Shown here: positions 37,098-46,145 of the stretch, piece after piece | How positions within the stretch are numbered: position 1 is the stretch's first letter | Layout of the letters: every line of letters begins with the position of its first letter | Origin: Clostridia bacterium | Lineage (GTDB): Bacteria > Bacillota > Clostridia > CAKSNL01 > HGM11501 | Assembly (NCBI GenBank): GCA_045545475.1 | Contig: JAZQAZ010000031.1 | Coordinates: 1 to 64,000, forward strand | DNA length: 64,000 nt | Direction of reading: 5' to 3' | Translations under genes and position numbers: made by a program | The notes under the pieces: generated by a model | Told to the model about the DNA's origin: nothing | Database searches by the model: none | The model's input: only the letters and a program-made list of their open reading frames with translations

Positions 37098-38207
37098 TTA
37101 TCGCTGGCTTTCTCCGAGGCTTATGGCAAGGTCTGCCACATCGGAAGCGGAATTTGGATGAGCGTAGTGCTTTGCGAGTTCCTTCATGGAAGAAAGTATA
37201 TTGCGGTTTTTGTTAAGACGGTATACTGCTTCTTCTAAGGGAAGGGAGCGGCTTACAGCAACTGCAAGGCCCGAGTTGAGCAGAAATTCTCTGTTTCTGG
37301 TTTCCTGACCGGGGATTGGCTCAACTAAAATCATGGGGAGGTGCTTTGAAAGGCTTTCGGAAACAGAAAGTCCGCCTGGCTTTGTTATTATGAAGTCTGA
37401 AGCATCCATCATAATGTTTATATTGTCCACAAAACCATATGTATATACTTTATGTGAATACACACCGGAAGAAATTTCCTCGAAATTATTTTTGTTGTTT
37501 CCGCAGACACAAAGTATCTGAAAATCACCTTTGAGGGCGTCGATTTTCCTGATGAGTTCAGGCACATTGCCGAATCCCATGCTGCCGGTCATGAAAAGGA
37601 TGGTGTTTTTGTCTTCTATACCAAGAATATTTCTGGCTTCCCGACAAGGAATAATCTCCGAAAACTTTTCCGAAATCGGAATGCCTAAAGGGAAAACTTT
37701 TTCTTCGGGTATATTTTTCTTCTGGCACTGATAGCCCAACAGTTCACTGGGAACCACATATGCATCAAGGTTGCTCTTTTGCCAATAGGGGTGAACTGTG
37801 AAGTCGGTTATAATGCCTATTGTGGGAATATCACTGATTTTTTTGTGTTTCTTCGCAGACGTAAGCATTATCGCAGGGAAAACATGGGTGCAGATAAGGC
37901 AGTCGGGAGCGAAGTTATTTATATAATCGGAAACCTTTTTATACATGAGTTTCTGAGCTTCTTTGGTAAGACCTGAGCCAATTCCGTGTTCGTCAGCCAT
38001 GCGGTAAAATTTCCCGTAAAGCTCGGGAATGTGCTTGGTGGACAAAAGATACCCTTTGTCAATTGTTTCGCCCAGGGGAGAGAAAGCAAATTTATAAACA
38101 TCCAATGTTTCTGCGGTATGTCCTTTTTTAACTAGGGCATCTGACAAAGCCTTTGCACATTTATGATGTCCTTGTCCTGCGGTGACAGATAGAATTAAAA
38201 ATCTCAT
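37098..38207 (-). CDS. MGDG-synthase/UgtP-like GT28 diacylglycerol glycosyltransferase
   Basis: TAGQGH, ICTH, ITDFTVHPYW, GIP, ITKPGGLSVSE, PIPGQE. Confidence 0.88.
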   Translation of the reverse strand: MRFLILSVTAGQGHHKCAKALSDALVKKGHTAETLDVYKFAFSPLGETIDKGYLLSTKHIPELYGKFYRMADEHGIGSGLTKEAQKLMYKKVSDYINNFAPDCLICTHVFPAIMLTSAKKHKKISDIPTIGIITDFTVHPYWQKSNLDAYVVPSELLGYQCQKKNIPEEKVFPLGIPISEKFSEIIPCREARNILGIEDKNTILFMTGSMGFGNVPELIRKIDALKGDFQILCVCGNNKNNFEEISSGVYSHKVYTYGFVDNINIMMDASDFIITKPGGLSVSESLSKHLPMILVEPIPGQETRNREFLLNSGLAVAVSRSLPLEEAVYRLNKNRNILSSMKELAKHYAHPNSASDVADLAISLGESQR

Positions 38208-38243
38208 GATTTTATCCTTTCTCAAAATTAAATAAAATTATAT

Positions 38244-38273
38244 GTAACCAAAAATCGGCATTTCACATATTAT
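38244..38273 (+). promoter_or_regulatory. Putative sigma-K-type sporulation promoter
   Basis: GTAAC-N17-CATATTAT upstream of two small hydrophobic ORFs. Confidence 0.5.
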
Positions 38274-38336
38274 GTCATGGGAGCTTAAATAAAGCTCCTT
38301 AAGAGGAATATCCTCTTAAATAAAAGGAGGATTTTT

Positions 38337-38432
38337 ATGTTTTGCTCAAATAATAACAGCGGATCATGGGTTATTATAATCCTTATTATAATCCTTTTAT
38401 CCGGCACCGGCACATACGGCGGCTGTAACTGA
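38337..38432 (+). CDS. 31-aa YjcZ/SscA-like small spore protein (not in ORF track)
   Basis: RBS AAAAGGAGG; MFCSNNNSGSWVIIILIIILLSGTGTYGGCN. Confidence 0.7.
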   Translation: MFCSNNNSGSWVIIILIIILLSGTGTYGGCN

Positions 38433-38521
38433 TTATAAGGCACCTGCCCGCTTTTTTGCGGGCAGGGAACGAAAAAATCTTCCCTGAAGCAATTGTTTCT
38501 TATTTTGAAAGGAGTTTTATT

Positions 38522-38653
38522 ATGTTTGGTTCAAACAACTGCGGATGTCTCTGGATTATTGTTCTTATACTTATTTTCTGTTGCTGCGGCACAGGCTGCA
38601 ATACAGGAACAAATAACGGTGGCAACGACTGCAATTGCGGTTGCATCTGCTGA
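38522..38653 (+). CDS. 43-aa Cys-rich small spore-protein-like peptide
   Basis: RBS GAAAGGAG; MFGSNNCGCLWIIVLILIFCCCGTGCNTGTNNGGNDCNCGCIC; paralogous to 38337 ORF. Confidence 0.75.
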   Translation: MFGSNNCGCLWIIVLILIFCCCGTGCNTGTNNGGNDCNCGCIC

Positions 38654-38690
38654 GAGAAAAATATGGCAAGGCCGCTTATGCGGTCTTGTT

Positions 38691-39281
38691 TTATTTTAAA
38701 ATGCCACGTTGTTTAAGCTTATCGCACAGAGCAAAGAGAGCGTTTGCTCTGTGGCTGATTTTGTTTTTTTCTTCCAAGGAAAGCTCCGAAAAAGTTTTGC
38801 CGAGAGAGGGAACGTAGAAAACCGGGTCATATCCAAAACCACCGTTGCCTTTTTTTTCGTCAATTATTTCGCCGGAACATTCACCTTCGGCGATTACAAT
38901 ATCATCTTCTGAGAAAGCGAGGGCGATTACGGATACAAACTTTGCTTTTTTATTTTCTTTTCCGGAAAGCTCTGAGTGAAGCTTTCCGATTAACTCGTCC
39001 TGAGTTGCACCTTCTCCTGCCCAGCGTGCAGAATATATTCCAGGAGCATCGGAAAGTGCCTCAACGCAAAGGCCGGAATCATCTCCGATGGAGGGCATTT
39101 TTGTGATTCTATAGGTTTCGAGTGCTTTTTTGACTGCGTTTTCCGTAAAGGTGGTTCCGTCCTCTTCAACTTCAATTTCAAAGCCTGCTTCTTTTAAGGT
39201 TAATACCTCGAAATCGGAGCTTAAAAGGGCGGATAATTCTTTTACTTTTCCCTGGTTGTTTGTGGCCATTATAAGACGCAT
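38691..39281 (-). CDS. rdgB: Non-canonical purine NTP pyrophosphatase (RdgB/HAM1)
   Basis: ATNNQGK, EEDGTTFTENA, DDSGL, PGIYSARW, GFGYDPVF, KNKISHR. Confidence 0.95.
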   Translation of the reverse strand: MRLIMATNNQGKVKELSALLSSDFEVLTLKEAGFEIEVEEDGTTFTENAVKKALETYRITKMPSIGDDSGLCVEALSDAPGIYSARWAGEGATQDELIGKLHSELSGKENKKAKFVSVIALAFSEDDIVIAEGECSGEIIDEKKGNGGFGYDPVFYVPSLGKTFSELSLEEKNKISHRANALFALCDKLKQRGILK

Positions 39282-39296
39282 GGTATCATCCTTTCA

Positions 39297-40034
39297 TCAT
39301 TTTAAAAGTGCCAGTTCGTTTTCTTTAAGCACGGCCTTTTGAGCATCGAAAAGGCGGGCTATGGATGCTGCTCCGAGTTCGAAAAGCTCGTCAAGCTCAG
39401 CTTTTTTATATGTGCCATGCTCTGCGGCTCCCTGGATTTCAACGATATTGAAGTCTCCGTCGAGGATTAAGTTCATGTCAACGTCTGCACGGCAATCTTC
39501 CTCATAGCAAAGGTCTGTCATTATTTCTCCGCCAACCTTACCGAGGCTTACTGCGGCAATCTGCGTTTTTACGGGATTTTCGGTTATAAGTCCTTCATCC
39601 ATAAGCTTTGCTACGGCAATTAAGGTTGCAACAAAAGCACCTGTAATAGATGCGGTTCTTGTTCCGCCGTCCGCCTGGATTACGTCACAGTCAATCTGAA
39701 TTGTACGTTCGCCTAATTTATCCATATCAAAGCCTGCTCTTATGCAGCGGCCGATAAGACGTTGTATTTCAGCACTGCGGCCGTTTAATTTAAGTTTTTG
39801 TATATCACGACTGTTACGTTCCGCCGTTGCTCCGGGGAGCATGGAATATTCTGCCGTTATAAAGCCTGAACCTGTATCCTTTTTGAAAGGCGGAACCTTT
39901 TCGTCAACGGATGCGGTAACTATTACCTTGGTTTCTCCAGTTTCTATTAAAACGCTGCCTTTGGCATATTTTGTAAAATCTCTTGTAATTTTAACATTTC
40001 TTGTTTCGTTTAAGCTTCTTCCGTCTGTTCTCAT
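39297..40034 (-). CDS. rph: Ribonuclease PH
   Basis: MRTDGR, TAEYSMLP, EIQRLIGR, DCDVIQADGGTRTASITGA, DLCYEED, EIQG. Confidence 0.96.
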   Translation of the reverse strand: MRTDGRSLNETRNVKITRDFTKYAKGSVLIETGETKVIVTASVDEKVPPFKKDTGSGFITAEYSMLPGATAERNSRDIQKLKLNGRSAEIQRLIGRCIRAGFDMDKLGERTIQIDCDVIQADGGTRTASITGAFVATLIAVAKLMDEGLITENPVKTQIAAVSLGKVGGEIMTDLCYEEDCRADVDMNLILDGDFNIVEIQGAAEHGTYKKAELDELFELGAASIARLFDAQKAVLKENELALLK

Positions 40035-40161
40035 AGTTAACCTCCTTGGTGTTTATATATATTATTGGTATCCTACAGTATATCATAAAAATGTCAAAAA
40101 GAAAAGCCTTTTTTGTTATCATAGTGATACTTTTTTGTGAATATTATGTGAAGAAAGGGGG

Positions 40162-42699
40162 ATGATCTCATTGATGTACCACAGCATGAAAAAAGAGGAT
40201 GTTTTAAAAAAGCTTTCAACTGGTTTTTCCGGACTTACAGATGAAGAGTGCGGGAAAAGACTTATATCTTACGGCAAGAATGTTATTGCGGGGAAAAAGA
40301 AAAAAGGAATAATCAGGCGTTTTTTATCGCAGTTTGCTGATTTTTCCATAATGGCACTGATTATTGCTTCGGTTCTTTCCTATGGGGTATCACTTCTGGG
40401 AGGAGAAAACGATTTTACCGAACCTTTGATAATTCTTTCCATTGTCATAGTTAATGCAATTATCGGAATTGTGCAAGAAAGCCGTGCCGATGCGGCAATA
40501 GAAGCCCTTAAAAGCATGATTGTGCCAAAGTGTACGGTTTTAAGAAACGGCATTAAGCAAACTGTGGATTCATCTCTTCTTGTTCCGGGCGATATAATAT
40601 ATCTGAAGGCAGGAGATAAAGCTACAGCGGATGCAAGGATACTTTCTTCATCTGCTTTTTCGTTGGACGAATCGGCTCTCACCGGAGAATCCTTGCCGGT
40701 TGAAAAGGGGGACTCGGTTTTAAGAGAAGATACGCCTCTTTCCGAGCGGACAAACTGCATTTATTCTTCCGCTCTTGTCAGTAGCGGACACGCCATGTGT
40801 GTGGTCACGGAAACGGGAATGAACACCGCTGTGGGGCATCTTGCAACGATGATAAATGAAGAAAAGGAAGAAAAAACTCCGCTGGCTGAAAAGCTTTCAA
40901 AATCAGGTAAAGTAATGGCTCTTTCGGCCCTTTTTTGCTGCGTTCTTCTCTTTTTCATCGGAATAGTTAAAAGGTATGATCCGCTCTTTATGTTTATGAC
41001 GGCGGTGTCGCTGGCTGTGGCGGCGATTCCCGAAGGGCTTTCTGCCATAGTTACCGTTATGCTGGCACTTTCTGTATCGAAAATGGCAAAAAAGAAGGCG
41101 GTGGTAAGGAATTTATCAGCCGTAGAAACTTTGGGAAGTGCAACTTGCATATGCTCGGACAAAACGGGAACATTAACAGAAAATAAGATGACTGTAAGGG
41201 AAATTACCGGAGATAAAGATTTGGTATTGAAACTTATGGCCATCTGTTCTGACGGAGAGGGAAATCCTACTGAAAAGGCAATAATTGAAGCCTGCAAGGA
41301 AGATAAAAAAATTCTTGACGAAAATTATGACAGAGTGGACGAAATACCGTTTTCTTCAAAAAGAAAAAGAATGGTTACGGTAAACAGACTGCCTTCGGGA
41401 TTAATGACACTGGTGAAAGGTGCATTTGATATTATTCTGCCCTTTTGCAGTAATATTTACGAAAACGGAAAAGTGAGAAGCATGTCTCCAAAGGATAGAG
41501 AAAAACTCAGAAAAAGCTGCGAGGATTTGGCTAAAAAAGGAAGACGGGTAATTGCTGTTGCGGCCAAGAAAACGTCCTCCCCCGACAAGAGCGAAGATAA
41601 TCTTACGTTCATCGGCATGGTGGCACTTTCCGATCCTTTGCGGAAGGAGGCATATGGTGCGGTAAGGCTTTGCAGGAAGGCCGGAATAAGAGTTATTATG
41701 ATAACAGGAGACCATAAGAGTACGGCTATGGCCGTTGCTGAGGAACTTTCCATTGCAAAGGGCGGAGTTCTCACAGGGGAAGAAATTGATGATTTAAGCG
41801 AGGAGGAGTTTATGCGAGCCCTGTCCAAAGTATCTGTTTTTGCAAGAGTATTGCCCGAGCATAAGGTAAAGATAGTCAGGGCACTTAAGAGGCAGGGACA
41901 CATTGTGGCGATGACAGGTGACGGAGTGAACGATGCTCCGGCCTTATCGTCGGCGGATATTGGCTGTGCCATGGGTAAAAGCGGAACGGAAGTTGCAAGA
42001 TCATCTGCCGATATGGTTTTAACTGATGATAATTTTGCAACTATAGTTGAAGCGGTAAGCGAGGGAAGAATTCTTTTTGATAATATAAAAAACGCAATAC
42101 ATTTTCTTCTGTCTTCAAATATCGGAGAGGTATTTCTGATGATGGCGGGATTTTTAATGGGAAAGGGAGCTATTCTTTATCCCGTGGAGCTTTTGTGGGT
42201 TAACTTAATAACCGATTCGCTTCCTGCAATCTCTTTGGGAATGGATAAAGGCGACGGAGAGATAATGAAGAGAAAACCCAGAAATCCGCAAAAAGGTTTC
42301 TTTGCGGACGGATTGTTCGGGCAGATTATTTTGGAAGGATTGCTTATAGGCGTTACGGCTTATGCGGCATTTGTTTACGGCTCGACAAGAGTTGGCGGAG
42401 GAGAAGCACTCGGACGCAGCATGGCGTTTTGTACCCTAAGCATTTCTCAGCTGATTCACGCCTTTTCCGTGAGAAGCGAAAGAAGCGTATTTTCTTCGGG
42501 AAGAAAGAAAAATGTATGGCTTATTGCGTCCTTTTTTATAGGTGTTTTCCTGCAATATCTCTCCTGCAGTGTTCCTTTTATGTGCAGGATTTTCAAAACG
42601 GTGAGTTTGTCTTTTCAGCATGCTTTGACAACCTTGCTTTTTGCACTTGTGCCTCTTGTGGCATCGGAGGTTTCAAAGTTGACAAAGAAGGATTTTTGA
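40162..42699 (+). CDS. Cation (probably Ca2+)-transporting P-type ATPase, type IIA (YloB-like)
   Basis: LTGES, AAIPEGL, CSDKTGTLT, KGA, MITGD, MTGDGVNDAPAL, LWVNLITD; start may be 40171/40174. Confidence 0.92.
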   Translation: MISLMYHSMKKEDVLKKLSTGFSGLTDEECGKRLISYGKNVIAGKKKKGIIRRFLSQFADFSIMALIIASVLSYGVSLLGGENDFTEPLIILSIVIVNAIIGIVQESRADAAIEALKSMIVPKCTVLRNGIKQTVDSSLLVPGDIIYLKAGDKATADARILSSSAFSLDESALTGESLPVEKGDSVLREDTPLSERTNCIYSSALVSSGHAMCVVTETGMNTAVGHLATMINEEKEEKTPLAEKLSKSGKVMALSALFCCVLLFFIGIVKRYDPLFMFMTAVSLAVAAIPEGLSAIVTVMLALSVSKMAKKKAVVRNLSAVETLGSATCICSDKTGTLTENKMTVREITGDKDLVLKLMAICSDGEGNPTEKAIIEACKEDKKILDENYDRVDEIPFSSKRKRMVTVNRLPSGLMTLVKGAFDIILPFCSNIYENGKVRSMSPKDREKLRKSCEDLAKKGRRVIAVAAKKTSSPDKSEDNLTFIGMVALSDPLRKEAYGAVRLCRKAGIRVIMITGDHKSTAMAVAEELSIAKGGVLTGEEIDDLSEEEFMRALSKVSVFARVLPEHKVKIVRALKRQGHIVAMTGDGVNDAPALSSADIGCAMGKSGTEVARSSADMVLTDDNFATIVEAVSEGRILFDNIKNAIHFLLSSNIGEVFLMMAGFLMGKGAILYPVELLWVNLITDSLPAISLGMDKGDGEIMKRKPRNPQKGFFADGLFGQIILEGLLIGVTAYAAFVYGSTRVGGGEALGRSMAFCTLSISQLIHAFSVRSERSVFSSGRKKNVWLIASFFIGVFLQYLSCSVPFMCRIFKTVSLSFQHALTTLLFALVPLVASEVSKLTKKDF

Positions 42700-42707
42700 T
42701 ATATAAT
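42679..42707 (+). promoter_or_regulatory. sigma-A promoter of manA operon, overlapping ATPase 3' end
   Basis: TTGACA-N17-TATAAT. Confidence 0.7.
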
Positions 42708-42730
42708 TATTCAATACTGAGGTGATGCAA

Positions 42731-43636
42731 ATGAAAAAAATTTATAAACTTACGCCCGCATTTAAGGACGTCCTTTGGGGAGGAAAAAGTCTTAAGGATT
42801 TATACGGGAAAAATATTCCCACAGAAACTACAGGAGAGTCCTTTGAGGCTTCTGTGGTTAAGGGTTTTTGCAGTAAAACTGAGGAGGGGGATTTTAATCT
42901 TCTCACAGAAAATCCCGAAATGACAGGAAAGGGCGGCTTTAATCTTTTGTTTAAGCTTATTGATGCAAGGGAAAAGCTCTCTGTCCAGGTTCATCCCGAT
43001 AAGGCTGCTGCGGAATTTTTAGGTGGCGGAGAAAGTAAAACCGAATGCTGGTATGTACTCTCGGCAAAGGAGGGGGCTTTCCTTTACCTTGGATTTAAAG
43101 AAGGGGTTACTTCTGCGGAATTTAAGTCTGCATGCTATGATGGCGGAATGGAAAAACTCTTATCAAAGGTTCCCGTTAAAAAGGGTGACTTTTTCTTTGT
43201 TCCCGCTAAAACCGTTCATGCCATAGGCGAAGGAATAGTAATTGCAGAGCTTCAGCAGTCAAGCGATACCACTTTCCGTGTGTATGACTATGAAAGACGG
43301 GATAAAAACGGTAATTTAAGAGAAATACACAGGGAAGAAGCCATTGCCACAGCTGAGGTTTTGCCTTATAAAAATGTGGAAAGAGAAAAGCTTTCGGATA
43401 AAAGAACACGTCTTTGCAAATGCGAGCATTTCCGCCTTGTTAAAGTTGTCGGAAGCGAAGAAAAGGAAACAACAACCGACCGCTATGCACTTATATTTTT
43501 CGAGGAAGGCTCTGCAGAAATCAGCTATAATGGAGGAACTGTTGAGGCAAAGGCGGGAGATACCTTCTTTGTTCCTGCCGGCATCGGAGAATTTAATGTG
43601 GAAGGAAACTTCACTTATTTATATATGACAGAATGA
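42731..43636 (+). CDS. manA: Mannose-6-phosphate isomerase, class I
   Basis: LWGG, LFKLIDAREKLSVQVHP, KTECWY, VHAIG, ELQQSSDTTFRVYD. Confidence 0.9.
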   Translation: MKKIYKLTPAFKDVLWGGKSLKDLYGKNIPTETTGESFEASVVKGFCSKTEEGDFNLLTENPEMTGKGGFNLLFKLIDAREKLSVQVHPDKAAAEFLGGGESKTECWYVLSAKEGAFLYLGFKEGVTSAEFKSACYDGGMEKLLSKVPVKKGDFFFVPAKTVHAIGEGIVIAELQQSSDTTFRVYDYERRDKNGNLREIHREEAIATAEVLPYKNVEREKLSDKRTRLCKCEHFRLVKVVGSEEKETTTDRYALIFFEEGSAEISYNGGTVEAKAGDTFFVPAGIGEFNVEGNFTYLYMTE

Positions 43637-43646
43637 GGAGAAACTT

Positions 43647-44303
43647 ATGAAAGCAGTAATTTTTGACCTTGACGGAACGCTTCTTAATACCATTGACACC
43701 ATTGCGTACTATGCGAATAAAGCGTTAGCTGATTTTGGATTTTCCACATTCCCAGTTGACCGCTATAAATATTTTGCAGGGAACGGTGCAGTTAAGCTTA
43801 TAAGACGGGCACTTGAAGCAACCGGCGGATATACAGAGGAAGATTTTGACAAGGTTTTTAAATACTACAACGAAATATACAACGCAGATAGCTTATATCT
43901 TACACGTCCCTATGACGGAATCGTGGAAATGCTTAAAAAGCTTAAAGATGCAGGAATCAAAACCGGTGTTATCTCAAATAAGCCGGACTTTGCAACGGTT
44001 GACGTTGTAAAGAAAGTGCTTGGTGATGAACTTATCGACATCTGCCACGGAGCAAGAGACGCTTTTCCCTTAAAGCCTGATCCCGCTTCTGCCCTGGATA
44101 TTTTAGGGGAACTTAAAGGAGATAAGGCAAACTCCGCTTTTGTTGGGGATACTTCCGTTGATATTGAAACCGGAAAAGCGGCGTCTTTACATACAATCGG
44201 AGTTAAATGGGGATTCAGAACAGAGGATGAGCTTAAAGGAGCCGGGGCGGAATTTATCATATCCCATCCAAAAGAGCTTTTTGATATAATCATTAGTTTA
44301 TAG
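43647..44303 (+). CDS. HAD family hydrolase (phosphoglycolate phosphatase-like)
   Basis: FDLDGTL, ISNK, KPDP, FVGDTSVD, WGFR. Confidence 0.9.
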   Translation: MKAVIFDLDGTLLNTIDTIAYYANKALADFGFSTFPVDRYKYFAGNGAVKLIRRALEATGGYTEEDFDKVFKYYNEIYNADSLYLTRPYDGIVEMLKKLKDAGIKTGVISNKPDFATVDVVKKVLGDELIDICHGARDAFPLKPDPASALDILGELKGDKANSAFVGDTSVDIETGKAASLHTIGVKWGFRTEDELKGAGAEFIISHPKELFDIIISL

Positions 44304-44311
44304 GTGATACC

Positions 44312-45538
44312 ATGAAATTTGCAAAAGAGGCACTTTTTCCTGAAAATCCGAAATGGGAAAATGCCGTAAAGAGGGAAAATTCAATATATAACAGAAGTGC
44401 CGATGTAAGAACGGAGTTCGGGCGTGACTACACAAGAATTATACACTCCATGGCATACCGCAGATTGAAGCATAAAACTCAGGTGTTCTTTTCACCGAAA
44501 AGTGACCACATCTGCACAAGAATTGAGCATGTGGGACATGTGGAATCCGTCAGCTATACGATAGGAAGTCATCTCGGACTTAATACGGAACTGACCCGTG
44601 CTATATCCATGGGACACGATTTGGGACATGCACCCTTCGGCCATTCGGGAGAAGGGGTTCTTCACAGAATTGCAGTAAATAATGAGGTAAAAGAAGGCTT
44701 CTGGCACGAACGAAACAGCCTTCACCTTGTGGATGATCTGGAGCTTCTGGAAGACGACAAGAGCCGACGTAAAAACATGAATCTTACTTATGCCGTAAGA
44801 GACGGAATAATTGCCCATTGCGGAGAGGTGGACGAGAATAATCTTTTTCCCAGGGATGAAGCTGTTGACCTTAAGACGTTCAAAAAAGCATCAGATTTTT
44901 CCCCATATACTTGGGAAGGCTGTGTTGTAAAGCTGGCAGATAAAATATCATATCTCGGAAGAGACCTGGAGGATGCACTCATTCTTAAAATTTTAACCCG
45001 CGAGCAGTTAGCGGAGCTGGTTAAAATTTTGAAAGAAGACAAGCGTTTATCCGGTATGAGCATTGAACATATAAATAACACTGTTTTAATAAGTGAGTTT
45101 ATTTCCGATGTGTGCAAAAACAGCAATTTGGAAGACGGAATATGCTTGTCCGAGCAGCGTGTTCATTTAATGAAGCTTATAAAAGAGTTTAATTACCAGC
45201 ACATTTACGGACACTATCGTCTTGCAGGCTATAAGGAGTTTGCCGAGGTTGCGTTAAATAAAATTTTTGACACGCTCTACATGGCGTACAGCGGTGAAAA
45301 AACACCTGATGAGATAAAGAAGGCTTCCACATATTATCCTTTTATGAAAAGCTTTTTGCATTGGATAGAGCAATATTGGGAGCTTTCGGGAGACTTTGAC
45401 GAATCAAAACTCAAAAACAAGAAAATTTACAATATTTCTGAAAATAAAGTGGATTATGCAAGAGCAATAATTGATTACATTTCGGGAATGAGCGACACCT
45501 ATGCCGAGCAGGTTTACAGAACAATCATAAATTTCTGA
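44312..45538 (+). CDS. dgt: HD-domain deoxyguanosinetriphosphate triphosphohydrolase-like protein
   Basis: RDYTRIIHS.AYRRLKHKTQVF, GHDLGHAPFGHSGE, ADKISY, DYISGMSD. Confidence 0.88.
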   Translation: MKFAKEALFPENPKWENAVKRENSIYNRSADVRTEFGRDYTRIIHSMAYRRLKHKTQVFFSPKSDHICTRIEHVGHVESVSYTIGSHLGLNTELTRAISMGHDLGHAPFGHSGEGVLHRIAVNNEVKEGFWHERNSLHLVDDLELLEDDKSRRKNMNLTYAVRDGIIAHCGEVDENNLFPRDEAVDLKTFKKASDFSPYTWEGCVVKLADKISYLGRDLEDALILKILTREQLAELVKILKEDKRLSGMSIEHINNTVLISEFISDVCKNSNLEDGICLSEQRVHLMKLIKEFNYQHIYGHYRLAGYKEFAEVALNKIFDTLYMAYSGEKTPDEIKKASTYYPFMKSFLHWIEQYWELSGDFDESKLKNKKIYNISENKVDYARAIIDYISGMSDTYAEQVYRTIINF

Positions 45539-45545
45539 GGTACAT

Positions 45546-46121
45546 ATGCTTAAGATAGAAAGAACAATTATAGTTGAAGGAAATTACGATAAAATAAAAC
45601 TGGGAAACATTGTGGATGCTCATATTATTGCTACAAACGGTTTTAGGATTTTCCGTGATAAGGCAATGAAGGATATGATTTCGGCACTCTGTAAAAAAAC
45701 AGGAATAATTATTTTAACCGATTCTGACAGGGCAGGCTTTGTGATAAGAAACCACATAAAAAGCTTCTGCCATGAAGGAGAGATTATAAACGTCTATATC
45801 CCTGACGTTAAAGGAAAGGAAAAGCGGAAGGCGGAACCGTCAAAGGAAGGACTTTTGGGCGTAGAGGGGATGGAAGATGAGGTTTTGTTAAAACTGCTCT
45901 CGGAGGCTGATGTAAAGCGTGAAAAAAAGAGCGAGGTTTCCTATTATGAATTTTATTCCGATGGTTTTGCCGGCGGTATGGGAAGTGCTTCCTTAAGGGA
46001 AAAATTCTTAAAAGAAGTAAACCTTCCGAAAAGGCTGTCAGCAAAGGAAATGCTTAATGTAATAAACCGACTTTTAACTCCGGAGGAGTACAGAAAAATA
46101 AGAGAAAAAATAAAAGCTTGA
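45546..46121 (+). CDS. rnmV: Ribonuclease M5 (TOPRIM domain)
   Basis: IIVEGNYD, IIILTDSDRAG..IR, LGVE, C-terminal helical domain. Confidence 0.85.
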   Translation: MLKIERTIIVEGNYDKIKLGNIVDAHIIATNGFRIFRDKAMKDMISALCKKTGIIILTDSDRAGFVIRNHIKSFCHEGEIINVYIPDVKGKEKRKAEPSKEGLLGVEGMEDEVLLKLLSEADVKREKKSEVSYYEFYSDGFAGGMGSASLREKFLKEVNLPKRLSAKEMLNVINRLLTPEEYRKIREKIKA

Positions 46122-46145
46122 GTTTTCCTCTCAAGCTTTTATTTT
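46107..46145. terminator. Bidirectional terminator
   Basis: AAAATAAAAGCTTGAG-TTTTCCT-CTCAAGCTTTTATTTT. Confidence 0.75.

Noticed and set aside
40380-41972. Long antisense ORFs opposite the P-type ATPase (similar ones oppose rnj, the ABC and BMC genes)
   Set aside because: Antisense shadows of well-supported genes with no recognisable motifs
44312-45538. dGTPase as anti-phage defence gene
   Set aside because: Embedded in a housekeeping-type operon (manA-HAD-dgt-rnmV) with no defence neighbours
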